DNA from: Fistulifera solaris
Lineage: Eukaryota
DNA: 64,000 nt
Assembly: GCA_030295235.1 (NCBI GenBank)
Contig: AP026151.1
Span: forward strand, 248,001 to 312,000
Direction: 5' to 3'
A program made the position numbers and the translations under genes. Below the pieces are notes generated by a model. That model saw only the letters and a program-made list of their open reading frames with translations. It had not been told where the DNA came from and ran no database searches. Positions 49,063-61,199 of this stretch are shown here, piece after piece. Position 1 is the first letter of the stretch, and each line of letters opens with the position of its first letter.

Positions 49063-50276
49063 ATGAACGAACCGCATCGCTGGTACTGGCATCCTCACAT
49101 GGGTTGGGTCGACTTGCTGCTCAGTATGCTCATGTCCTTCCTATTTCCTGTGACGAAAGCCATTGAGAAAGAACCCAACGAACGTTGCATGCAGAAATCG
49201 CAGGAAATCCGGAGAACCATGACAACCATGTGTTTATCGGGTTCGAAAAAAGCCCTGGAAAAATGGAGGACGCACATGGGATGTGACATTTTGCAATACA
49301 ATCATGACGTTCCCCAGCGATCGGTATTAACGGAATGGGGCATGATGGAAGAAAGTTATCAAAAAATGTATCGCAGAGTCCTATTTGCGTTCGGATACAC
49401 ATGCCGGAAACCATTTTGCAGGATATAAAACACGAACGTACCAGCGAGACGAGTAACCAGTGGTAGAAGTGGAAGTTTCGCAATTTCAGGAAAAGATATT
49501 CCCGTCATACTATGTCTACACGGTGGTGGTTTTCATATCGGAGATCCCATGGATCCGGCGTTACTTGAACTCATGTTGGCGGTCTCCAAACTGACCAACC
49601 AGCCGTTTCTTTGTGCATTTTCCACCTATCGTCAGGTTCCTGAGCACTGATTCCCGGCCGCCATTGAAGATATATTGACGGTCGTACTGGATTTACTGGA
49701 TCGATTCTCTCATGTTCACATTGTGGGCATCTCGGCGGGTGCGAATCTAGCCGCGGTCGCAGCCATGGAGATGCATCGACGATGTCCTGGTCGGATCCGC
49801 TCAGCAACTTTGCTGTGTCCTCTATTGAATCCAGCCGCTTATTCATTGAGCTATCACATGAATCGAAATGTGTGGTTCGTTCCTCCGGAATGGTTGCGTT
49901 GGTGCTGGCGGATGTACTTGGGATTGCCGACGCCGACAGGCACACAGTCTGATCTTGATCACGGCTCTAACGCGAAGACATGGGAAGCATCGGCATGGCG
50001 CACCAGTTCTCTGGCACGTTCATTCATCCAACAATCGATCTCCCCTGACGGGCTGGATGATCATACACCACACAGTTCATTGTGACCACCAACGAAGCCG
50101 ATCCTTTGTGCGAAGAGGGCAAGCACTTGGTGGTAGAAATGCAAAAACGCGGTGCCAACGTGAAACATCTCCAACACTCGGGGTCTCACTGGTTGGGTAC
50201 CGCGGTGGATACGTCCGGACAAATGGCAGAATTGGTGCAGGAAATGACACGTGTCCTCTTTCCGCTGCATTCTTAA
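49063..50276 (+). pseudogene. Hormone-sensitive-lipase-like alpha/beta hydrolase, disrupted (frameshifts and TGA 49648-49650)
   Basis: LHGGGF, PEH*FPAAIED, GISAGANLA, EADPL, GSHW. Confidence 0.75.
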
Positions 50277-50576
50277 TTGGCTGTGCCTCTTTGTGAATTG
50301 ATCTCTCTCTCTCTCCTTGTTCCTGCTGTAGCACCAACTTTATCGCCTTTAACGATGTCAAACAGGTTGCGGAAAATCGTATTCTGTGGGTTCAATCTTT
50401 AACGCCAAAGTACGCGTCCGCGACTTTGACTGATGCAATTTTTTATAAAAAAACGCATAGTGTGCAAGATCCGGGACTCCGCTTGACGCCTTCATGATTC
50501 GTGACTGATAATAATTTACCACATGCTGAGAGCATATTTTATTGACTACTTTTATCGTTTCACTCGCGCTAGCAAC

Positions 50577-52095
50577 ATGATTCTTCTTTATTTCTTCTTT
50601 CCATTTATCCTCTTCTTCTTTCCGATCGTAGAAGGCTCCTTCTTCGGTGGCTTTCGGCGTCTTAAAGTCAATCGGAACGATCGTTGGCTCTCTCGACTTC
50701 GGGCCGGAGCGGAAAATGCCGATACATCATCCGCGTCACTGAATATTCTTTTTCTCATGGACAGTTTTTGTTCCTATCACGGAGGCTATTTAGCAGCTTG
50801 TGCCCAGGATATACCCAATACCATTGTCATTCCGGTCTTATCCGATTATCTCGCCGACTATTGTCAAGCCAACGATCCAGACGATGCCGATCAATGGGAA
50901 GCCATGCGCGTGCATCACTGGCAAGAACGCTTACAAGAGTTTACTGCCACACAGATTGGAGCAACAGAGCGAATCGCAGTGTATTGCGAATCCGACTCGG
51001 GTCTGGCGGATGCGGAAATGCTGCGACAACAATTAGTCTCACAAGGACGAAACGTCCTACACGACAATCCCATTGAATCGGAAGCACGACGCAACAAATA
51101 TCTGATGCAACAATGTCTTCAAGAGACCACTTCCTTGCCGACCGTACGACAGCGACTGTGTCATTCGCTCAACGAAGCGCTCGATTTTTTTTGAAAAGGA
51201 AGGTCGAGTCGTTGTCAAGCCACATCGGGGCGTGGCGTCGGAATCAGTACAATTGTGTCAAACACGCCAACAAGTCGAACAGGCGTGGCACGATATTACT
51301 TCGTCATTCGTGTTTGGTGCACGACAACAGCAACATACGACCGTCGTGGTGCAAGAATGGCTGCAGGGAACGGAATACGCGGTCGATGTCGTCAGTCGGA
51401 ACGGGCAACACAAAGTGGCTGCGATATGGAGATACGACAAACGTCCCGCCAATGGAGCCGCATTTTGCTATTTTCAGACCAAACTAGTCGACGCGGCGGC
51501 GGATGAGCATGTGACGGCGGTTTGTGATTATGTGATATCGACATTGAATACTTTGGGTGTGCAATGGGGTCTTAGTCACAATGAAGTCATTGTCCGGTCC
51601 GATACCCTTCAGCCCACGTTAGTGGAGGTCAATTGTCGTCAACACAACATGGACTTTGCGCCTTTGACAATGGCTTGTATTCGATACAATGCTTTTCAAA
51701 TGTTACTGGATGCTTATTTCGGTGGAGACGATGAGTGGGACCGGTATCCCGAATTGCCGACACTGCAAGCGCACGGTTGCATGGTGCATTTAGTGAATTA
51801 TGCGCGCGGCTCGTTGGTGCAAGTCCATCATCTAGAGGATATGGCAGCATTACCAAGTGTTTTGGATCTTGAAGTGTATGCAGAGTTTCAAACTCCATCG
51901 ACATGGTTGGAACCCACGATTGACATTCGAACGGATGCCGGATGGGTGCAGCTCATCAATGAAGATCCGGAGGCGTTGCAGCATGATTACGAGCAGATTG
52001 TGGCCTGGATGCCTAAAATGTTCTCTGTTAGTGCAGATGATAGTAAAGTGAAAAATCAACTCCATCGCATGCATCTTGGGATAAGGGATAAGTGA
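50577..52095 (+). CDS. ATP-grasp domain protein with signal peptide; frameshift ~51190
   Basis: ARRNKYLMQ, VVKP..GVASESV, VQEWLQGTEYAVDVVS, HNEV, LVEVNCR. Confidence 0.82.
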
Positions 52096-52327
52096 AAACA
52101 CAACTCCATCGTATCCATCTTCGATTTGTCTCACCTACATGTACCACGAATCAATCATTTAGCAACGCTACTGTATACCTATTTCGCATCCAAGTATCCT
52201 GAAATACTCAAATAAGTATTTAATCTTAACTCTGCTACGTTTTCTATTTGCTGAAACGAAGTTGCTAGTGGATGCCTCTAGTCACCCGTCGTCGTACGAA
52301 TTATGGATTGGTGGACTCTGCAAGATC

Positions 52328-53029
52328 TTACAGCTCGTTCCCTGTGGTCGATTTACCAGTCTCCTTTATTTCTTTTTGTTTCACGAGTTTGCTGAGAATT
52401 CGTCGACGACGCAAATTCCATTCTTGAATATCCTTGACTAACAAATTGACATCCATGGCATACAGTCTTTTCCTCAGAAGGATCAACTCATCCAGAGACT
52501 TCTTCTTGACCAGTTTAATGTAATCCTTTTCCATCTTATTGCAGTGCTTGCCATTCAAGTCACAAAGGACCGTGTTTCCGGCTTTTTCAATGTAATCTAC
52601 CATCACGTCAAAGTCGCGCAATTCATCGTGCATCTTTTGATTGGTCTTTTGCTCATAGTCGGCACCGTCAACACCTGTTTCACGGTTGAAGTAGCGAATG
52701 GTCGGCCAGCCGTAACGACTGGGCCAATGGGGAGCACCCTTGAGAGTGTCAGCTTCGGACAGGTTGATATCTCCAAAGACGACTTTCTTGTTGTCCGCAA
52801 ATGCCCGGACGGCCCGATTCCATGTCGGTGCTTGTCGAAGACAATCCGCATGATCTGGATCACTCACCCAACGTACAAATAGTGTTTGACTCTTTTTAAT
52901 TGCCTGGTTGACGAGCTCGTTCAACTGATCGCGGTCTTTGATTTCGGTCACAAAATCAAAGTGATCATCGGGATACATTGTCGCCCGTGCGACAGAGCAG
53001 ATCCAGAGAAAGGTGAACAGAATCTTCAT
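52328..53029 (-). CDS. ER thioredoxin/PDI-like protein
   Basis: Signal peptide, LFVRW..CLRQAPTWN, VVFGDINL, GWPTIRYFN, helical ERp29-like tail, C-terminal NEL retention-like signal. Confidence 0.8.
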   Translation of the reverse strand: MKILFTFLWICSVARATMYPDDHFDFVTEIKDRDQLNELVNQAIKKSQTLFVRWVSDPDHADCLRQAPTWNRAVRAFADNKKVVFGDINLSEADTLKGAPHWPSRYGWPTIRYFNRETGVDGADYEQKTNQKMHDELRDFDVMVDYIEKAGNTVLCDLNGKHCNKMEKDYIKLVKKKSLDELILLRKRLYAMDVNLLVKDIQEWNLRRRRILSKLVKQKEIKETGKSTTGNEL

Positions 53030-53439
53030 TGCTTTTGCTTCTTATGCTAAAATACAGCCCTAGCTCTTCAACAATCAGGGATGAAGCATCTAAACGTTTA
53101 CGAGACAATTGATTTGTTGAGTGCCAAAGATTGCTATAAAGGATGCCAATCACATAACAAATCGAAGTGCTTTTCTACTGGCAAATCACAATGACTTATG
53201 TTGGCTCTGTGTGACTTTATGACCCCTCAGTCGTGGACCACGCGGGTCGTGAGCCAAGTCGCTGTGAGACAAAAAGCGCGCAGGATTTCTTTTGTCTTGC
53301 CGTCGCCAGTTACATTGAAAAATTGAAAAGCATCTCGTCTCGTCGGCAAAAAACAAATGAAACGCAAACTATAACACCTTGTCATTAGAAGTTACCAGCA
53401 CTATTTTATTCATTTTATCTATAAATACAACAAATCAAA

Positions 53440-54915
53440 ATGGGGGTTATGGAAAAAATCAAAGAGATCGAGGCCGAGATGGCCCGGACGCAAAAGAATA
53501 AGGCCACCAACTACCATCTAGGAACCTTGAAAGCCAAATTGGCAAAATTGCGTAGTGAATTGTTTCTGGAGCAATCCGGCGGAGGAGGCGGCGGGTCTGG
53601 AGAAGGATTTAGTGTCGCTCGAAACGGTGATGCCCGTGTTGCCTTGATTGGGTTCCCTTCCGTGGGGAAAAGTAGGTACGTCATAGATCAAAGTTGTAAT
53701 ACTCCGTAATTAATATCTGAATTGATGCATAAGAATGTTTCAACCTCATGTCTTTCTAACTTAATTTGATTTTCATTCCAAAGTCTGCTGAGTGGCCTCA
53801 CCACCACAGAATCTGAAGCAGCAGGTTACGAATTTACGACACTCACTTGCATTCCAGGTGTCTTGAATTACAAAGGATCCAAAATTCAAGTCCTCGATCT
53901 TCCCGGAATCATTGAAGGTGCCGCGCACGGTGCCGGGCGTGGAAAAGAAGTCATTGCGGTAGCGCGATCGGCGGATGCGATTCTCATTGTATTGGATGCC
54001 GGGAAGGAGGGTTTGCAGAAGCACCGAGAAATTCTGGAACGTGAACTTGAGACAGTGGGCATTCGTCTCAATGAAAAGCCACCGGATGTGACCGTGAGCA
54101 AGCGGAAGACGGGCGGCGGTGGTGTTCGATTTGCTTCGACCGTACCACAGCCGCATCTGGGTCCAGAGCCCGAGAAAGTGGTGACACAAATTTTACGTGA
54201 ATACAAGATTACCGCTTGTGATGTTCTGGCCCGGGAAGAGATTACCGTGGATCAATTGGTGGATGTCGTGTCGGGAAATCGCGAATATAAGCCTTGCCTT
54301 TATTTATACAATAAGATTGATACTGTGACGATTGAAGAAATTGATCAATTGGCACGAATGCCTCACTCGATCGTCGGATCAGTTGCTGAAGGATTCAACA
54401 TAGCCGGGCCGATGGAAGATGATCTGTTGAAACAGAAAATATGGGAATATTTAGGACTGACGCGCATTTATACAAAACGAAAGGGTACGTTATATTACTC
54501 GAGAAGATATCGCATTAGAGTTCGTTCAATTCACCTGCTGTATTTATCTACGAAATCTAACGTTACGTTGTATCTTTTGGTTTCAGGCTCACCGCCCGAC
54601 TTGGTCGAACCCGTGATTTTATCACAGATTCGAAAAGGCACATCGGTGAAATCACTCTGTGACAACATTTCGTCCGAAATGCTGCGCGATTTCAACTACG
54701 CACTGGTATGGGGGAAAAGTGCCAAGCATGCTCCGCAACGTTGCGGATTAACTCACAATTTAGACGATGAAGATGTTGTACAGATTGTACCCCGAACTGT
54801 GAAGCAACAACAGAATGACAGAAACTATACGAACCTTGCACAAAGTTTTGCGGACAAGCACGCCAAGAAGCGCCTGGAAGCCAAGAAGCAAAAGCAGGCT
54901 CGTCTGCGGGGTTAA
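53440..54915 (+). CDS. DRG2: Developmentally regulated GTP-binding protein 2; introns 53676-53783 and 54485-54586
   Basis: [52 protein letters not shown] domain. Confidence 0.95.
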
Positions 54916-55397
54916 TGTTTTTACAAAATACTCTAATAGTCTGTGTTACAGAAACTGAATTGTTGGTTACTCCGTATTTGGTTTTGCGAATCGTGTCTTG
55001 TGATTATATTGCGATTCATCTAAATGGTGGTTCCCCCTTCGTCGTCATTCGCCATAGTTTTGAGTCATGTCTGTGATTCATTCCACAACCATGGAGCGGT
55101 CGGCGTTCTGTATAGCTTTTAGTGTACTTTGCGATATTGAAATAAATGACGTGATGACGTAAATGCTGGTTGAAATAGCGCGATCTTGCGCCTCTCATGA
55201 TGAATTTTTGTTGATGCGGAACTCCTCCTTGACTTGCTATCAAACAATACCGATACATAAACAATGCGATTGTCTTGCTGAAAGCTTCATGCACAAGTAG
55301 AAACATCTGGCTATAGTATAAGCTCGCCTCCCGTGACAGAAGCTCATAACTGCAACGAAAATACAACATCAATATCACTTTCGCTCTCTAATATACA

Positions 55398-56712
55398 ATG
55401 ATCATCACTCTATCAAGAAAACAAAATGGATCGATTTTGCGATGGATATTTCTGTGTATCTTCTGGAATAACAACTTTCATTCCGTCACAGCGTTTACGT
55501 CACTGCGGTCACCTCAGCTATTTACGACAACTCGAACGATTCGAGATTATTCAACAATTGTTGCCAATGCTCTACCCAAAATCGAAGATTGGGAAATTCT
55601 AGACAATGGGCGTGTTGTTGGAACCATATTCGATCACCCAACTCTTCCGAATGGAGATACAATCACGACATCACCCATTACGCGACCCGGATCGGCGGCT
55701 CCGCGAAAAACCGTCACGACGATTTCGGGGAGCAAGTATCAGTTAGGAACACCCGTCACCGCCAATGCTGGATTACAGAAAGGAGATGTCAGTTTGGCCG
55801 AGTTGCAAAAACGAGCCCGTGTGGCATTTGATCTGACAGGGGATATAGTCGGCGAAAACGGAAGGGAAATACTTGCTGGCTGGTAAACCCAGCCAAAGTA
55901 CGTCCGGGAAATCCATGATTTTCAAAGCCTACATGTGCGATGACGATGAACTTCCCACGGGCTCCGCTTTGACCATCAAGATTTCGAAAAATTGGGAAGC
56001 CATTGAACGAGAAGCGGAAAATTATGCTAGAATCACGAAGGCAGGATTTCTACGAGGTCAATTTGTGGAACTACTCGATTACCTCCCCGATGCCGCCGTC
56101 TACTCAAAACGTTTTAAGAATCAATCGGCACTGGTCATGGAACGAGGTGCGATCGACTTGAAACGGTACATATCCGTTAATGGGCAGCTGGAAGGGCGGC
56201 GTCTTCGCGATGCAGCAGCGGCGGCGGCGCAGTGTATACAAGCGATTCATTCCTCGAAACTCGTGTGGACGGACATGAAGACGGAGAACTTTGTCGTAGA
56301 TGCTTCGGGTCTCGTTAAAGGTATTGATTTAGAGTCCGCCATGGCAGTCAAAGGCAACCCTGTTGACTACAGCCCTGAAGGCACACCTCCCGAGTTCGCT
56401 ACTGCCTTTCTCGCGGGTGAAGGACCGGAGTTCATCTTAGAGTACTCGTACGATATTTGGTCGTTTGGTATGCTATTGTATGAATTGGCGGTGGGTCGAG
56501 GATACTTTGATGGGAAGAAACCCGTACAGATCATCAAGTCTTTACGGGATGGTCTAGACATTGACCTGTCAGCCATTGAAGACCCCAAACTTAAATCTTT
56601 GATCGATCGATGTCTCACAATTGAACCGTCGAAACGTCCGAATATCTACGAAGTATTACTGCACCCCTTTTTCCTTACCACAGGGTTGGGACCGCTTAGC
56701 TTTGGGAAATAA
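55398..56712 (+). CDS. Atypical Ser/Thr protein kinase with plastid-type leader; frameshift ~55870
   Basis: VTA-F leader; LTIKIS, VWTDMKTENF, GIDLES, PPE, DIWSFG, KRP..LLHPFF. Confidence 0.82.
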
Positions 56713-56956
56713 GCATTAAGAAGAAATACTATAAGCCTGTTCTTTCTGCTTCAAGATTATATTTTATTCCTTAGTAAGCAAGCCCTCTTACGTTATCTAG
56801 CTGATTCACTACATTTTAATTAGCAAGTACTTTTCCGCCAAAATTAGAACTGAAACAATCGACCAAACCTCGTGTTGCCTTTTTGTACAAAAGCTCCACC
56901 ATGACGGAACACAGCTCCCCCGCGGCCGAAGAAACCACGTCCAGTGACCGGTTCGG

Positions 56957-57852
56957 CTACCTCCCCACGTTGGACGTGGTAGCTTTGTAACCGTACTCTT
57001 CGGCCACACGAAAGTCCGCCGCGTTTTCTTCACTTTGTTTCTTCACCCAGCTGGTCGCCGATTTGAGTGCAGCTTTTGACAAATAGTTCAGAACGGGCCC
57101 GGGCACACTTCCCTTGAGTGAGATATCACACGCATAGAACACCCGCGTTTTCAGTCCACCGTCCCGTTCCTCCAAATGCCAGTGGCCGGAGACATCATCC
57201 ATGTCCGATGTTTTCTCGTAATCGAGTGTCCAAGTCATGCTATCTTGGTGCGGATAGAAAGTATGATCATAATAGGATTCGTACTGGATGGTTGATGATG
57301 TTTGTTATGTCGCCGTAGTGAGAATTAAATACGTCGAACCAGCGAGAACAACAGAAAACACAGTCTTCTACGTACCGAATATCCTGGAATCACACCAAGA
57401 ACCATCTTTGTTTTGATCTTCTTTGCGTTCTCATCACTCTTGTCGACATGATAATTGCTACTGTGGATGACTTTGCCCACTTTTTTCGTACTGAATAACG
57501 AAGCAGAATATTGAGTTTCATGCGACTTTGCTACAAACATACGAAAGACGACTTTGACATGCACTTACTACATTCCCAAGTCCAGAATTTGATTCCAAAC
57601 AGCGGCCTTGGGTGCATCGATATCTTGCACACAAATCGCGCCTCCGGAATTGCCATCACCTTGACTTTGTTTCATGACAGGTTTTCCCTGCGCTAGCTCT
57701 GCCTCATCTTTCGAAGTTAACTCAAGATTGGGAAACGGTCCGGGTGAATAGGGAGTCAATTTGCCCGTGTGATCGTGCGGTTGATTTCGATCGATCTTGG
57801 CTTCGCATATCGTCGCGATGATAGCGATTAGAGAAAAGGGAAACAATTTCAT
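56957..57852 (-). CDS. SRPBCC/START (polyketide cyclase-like) protein with signal peptide; introns 57568-57491 and 57375-57284
   Basis: CVQDIDAPKAAVWNQILD, WTLDY..SDMDDVSGHW, RVFY; splicing restores the frame. Confidence 0.8.
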
Positions 57853-58256
57853 CGAATGTATCTGATTGTAGAGAAATTATAAAGAGTTGAAGTAGTAGTT
57901 GTTGAAAGATACGGAGTAGCTTATTAGGGTCTCTTTATCATAAAACTTTGTATCTGGTTCATGAGAAAGATAAATGCGAGTATTGTCGTCGATAATTTTT
58001 TGCGATGACATCTATTTTGTCGAAATTTGTTATGCTGCGATGCGTGTCTCGCGATCACGAACGATGTTGCGCGTGACCGTATTTACTCCGTATACCGTTA
58101 ACACTAAACAGGAACTGCTAAGGTTAGTGTTATGGCAGTGACTAGAGTTATAACGTTATAACTAGAGTCAATCAACGTGGCTCTACAGCTAATCCGCTAA
58201 TATTTGAGTTATCTATAAAATACAGCGACCGCATCGATCACTTCTACTTGATTGAA

Positions 58257-58464
58257 TTACATCGATCCAATTCCGGTCAACTTCCAGGTCCACTTATCAT
58301 CTTCGGTCTCGATGACAAGAAATCCTTCTGAGACTCCAATCGATGATGGACGGAACTTAACGATGAATTCAGTAGGATCTCCCCGTCCGTTCAAACTTCC
58401 CTCCGTAGGACTAACACTCCACTCCGCGGTGTTAGTATCGTACGTAAAGACTGCACGGAAATAC
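58257..58464 (-). pseudogene. Orphan 3' gene fragment (beta-rich, ends WTWKLTGIGSM)
   Basis: Protein-like FRAVFT..WSVSPTEGSL..FIVKFRP..LVIETEDDKWTW with no plausible 5' portion upstream of the palindrome cluster at 58465. Confidence 0.5.
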
Positions 58465-58852
58465 CTCCGTACTAGGTACGGAGTACCTAGTACCAGTACA
58501 AAGTACACAGTAGTCTACGGAGACAAGAACTCGTTTAGAGATTTGCTTTCAACAAGAAGAGTGCTCGTTTCATAATCTTTTCTAAACAATTTAGAACTTG
58601 CGACAACAGCATCTTTAACATGATTTTTAACGCTGTAAGAAAGTCAGCCAGCTATTGGCCTAATCTTGGAAGTTGGTGTAGAATCTAGTTCTGTGAATTC
58701 AAGTTGGGTGCGCGACAATACCCGATCCGAATCACAGTAAATACTTTCCTTGTCCACATCCCGCAAAACGAAACAGGTGCATACTGGATACTGGGGCATG
58801 TGTTGCTTGAAAGTGTACCAACCATTGGCGCAACCCGATACCACGAGTGTCA

Positions 58853-60597
58853 TTATTCCGCTTGCCGCAACCATTCAGCTACCAAGGCAGGTAGTACTGC
58901 GGCATCCAGTCCTGCGTATTGCATCTGGGCGCCCGACAGTGGACGATCCGACCAACTCGAACACTGTTCCTTCTTCGACAGCTCAAAATCCGAGTACAGT
59001 TGCACAATCCTCGCCAGTCCGTTCAACTGTTCACCACCATGTAGCAGTTGGACGTCCAAACACACATTTCGCGGAAGCGCCGCATCCAACCATGTTTCAA
59101 GCTTGGGCAGATCATTGCCCATCGCAAACCCAAAAATCAGACGGGATGGATCAAATAAAATACATTGTACCATATGTTTGATTCTTTGTTGAAATTCCAG
59201 CGAATCTTTTAAGAGATCAAGCACCCACGGCCGTACTTGTCCAGGAATGGCGATCTGCAATGTCGCTACGTGGATCGTTCCATCCGACCGGTTGTACCAC
59301 TCGGTGTCGATCGCCGCTACACGGGACTTCAGCAATGCGTCTTCCAGCAACAAAAGCTCGTCTGACACCGAGTCGACCCAATGTGGCGGTTCCGGTAGAT
59401 GCAGTACACCATCATCCATTCCATATGTCAACGATTGAAAGCGAGCAATAGATTCATGTGCTAGAATCGCATCCAGTTCTTCTCGGCAGTCCAGGATCAA
59501 TGCCTGTACCGCCTGCGAATGATGAGAGCTGTCTTTCGAAACAGTTGCCGCTTCCGAAACGGACTCGCTTCTCCGTGTACCGAGCATTTCGGCAACCAGT
59601 TTTGTCAATAGAACCTTTTCTCTCTTACTGACATCATCGTGGACCGATAAGGATGCAAGATATTGCGCAATGCGAGTCGAGTCCGTATCGAGCGATTGCA
59701 GACGCTGGGCTGCTTCGGGAATCCAGGAGCCTTTTTGTTTGTCGGAGAGCTGCACAATCATCCTAATATCTTGTTGCAACACCGCCAAAGCTGAAGCATC
59801 GTCATTCTCGACAAAGACGTCAATCCGCTTTAGCAATTCCAGTACACAGATCCAAGCATCTTTCACTTGGTTTGTTTCTTCTGCTGACAAGGCATTGGAG
59901 GGTGGCTTGCGTCTCGGCTTCCTGTTGTTTGTGTGCGTCTTGGGCTTCACCACGAGATGCGGATTCTTGCGAAGAAAACTCCCTTGCCGTGACTGTTTCG
60001 TCGTCGGATTCACAGCATGTTCCGTTACAATATCGTCCTCTCGCAACGGTCGATCCAGAAATCGGGGGTCCAGATCACCATACTCTAAAGAATCGGAATG
60101 CGTTGCGCGATAATTCGTCCACTGGACTTGGAGTTGCTCGTAATGACAAATGCGCTCGATCACGTGCGGCAACAAATGCGACGAGGCAATGGAACGAACC
60201 GATTGTCCTTTATTATTGACGATTGTGACACAAGCTCCCTGTTCGAGTAAATAGAGAACAACATCATCCCGACATTTCGTAGCGGCAAAAAGATGGGTGT
60301 TTTGCCGTAACTGAATTCGGCCGTCGAAATGCTGTTAACATTGCAGCCGACGTGCTCTACTAAGAAAACGACATTTTCGATACATCCTTGCCAAGCAGCC
60401 ATGTGTAGAGGATTTTTGCCGGGCAAATCATCCAGTTCCGCGACGGTCCATCCTTCTAAGGCTTGTTGCAGCGTTTCGAGGGATTGAGAGCCAGCGGCGC
60501 GTCCTAATTTGGAAGCATTGCAACGTTGCTGGTCGACGGACAAGGACGAGGAAGTTTGCAGTGATAGTGCCGTCATGAGGAAGACAGAGAGTTGCAT
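58853..60597 (-). CDS. Ankyrin repeat plus DEDDy 3'-5' exonuclease fusion with signal-like leader; frameshift ~60290
   Basis: GKNPLHMAAWQG and GKTPIF ankyrins; IDTEW (ExoI), FAMGND (ExoII), EQCSSWSDRPLS..QMQYAGLDA (ExoIII). Confidence 0.83.
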
Positions 60598-61199
60598 GAA
60601 GATATTGTCATCTGCTTTCTTTCAACGTTTATGCTCGGTGAGGTGTATTGTTGGCTTTTTCATTTTTTTGCAATGTAGCGGTTCATGACTGAAGCGCAGT
60701 CGTGGCGAAATACGTACAACACTTTATTGGTCAAGACTTTGTAGTGACAAATAAAGACAAAGACTCGCAGGTTTCGTATTTGAAGTCAAAATTATTGCCG
60801 TGCAATGCAAACGCTGCTAACAACTATTTCATTGCCGCAGCCACAAATCAATCTCAATAAGATGCTGAACAGACGATTTGTAGGCAGCATTATTTGTCGC
60901 AGATTATTAGTTCATGACTGAAAGTCAGTCTTGGATAAGTAGACATAGTACACTCTCAATACTCCGTAGTAAATACAGTTGCTTTTACTTTAGACAGACG
61001 AAAATTCAGATCGTTTGTTAACACAATGCGCGACGACGATGATTTTTGTGTTGACGGCAATGTTATACTCGGAGTAGTCTACTGCGGAGTATCATTGTTA
61101 CAATATTTTGATAACATTAACCAGTTCCTGCAACTCAATTTGGTCGTAGAAAGTCAATATTTGTGGTTCTCGGCTCGACACCGTCGGCACAAGAAAAGT

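Noticed and set aside
49648..49650. In-frame TGA in the lipase as selenocysteine
   Set aside because: The position (PEH*FP) is not a Cys site and the gene has other lesions; it is a nonsense change or error.
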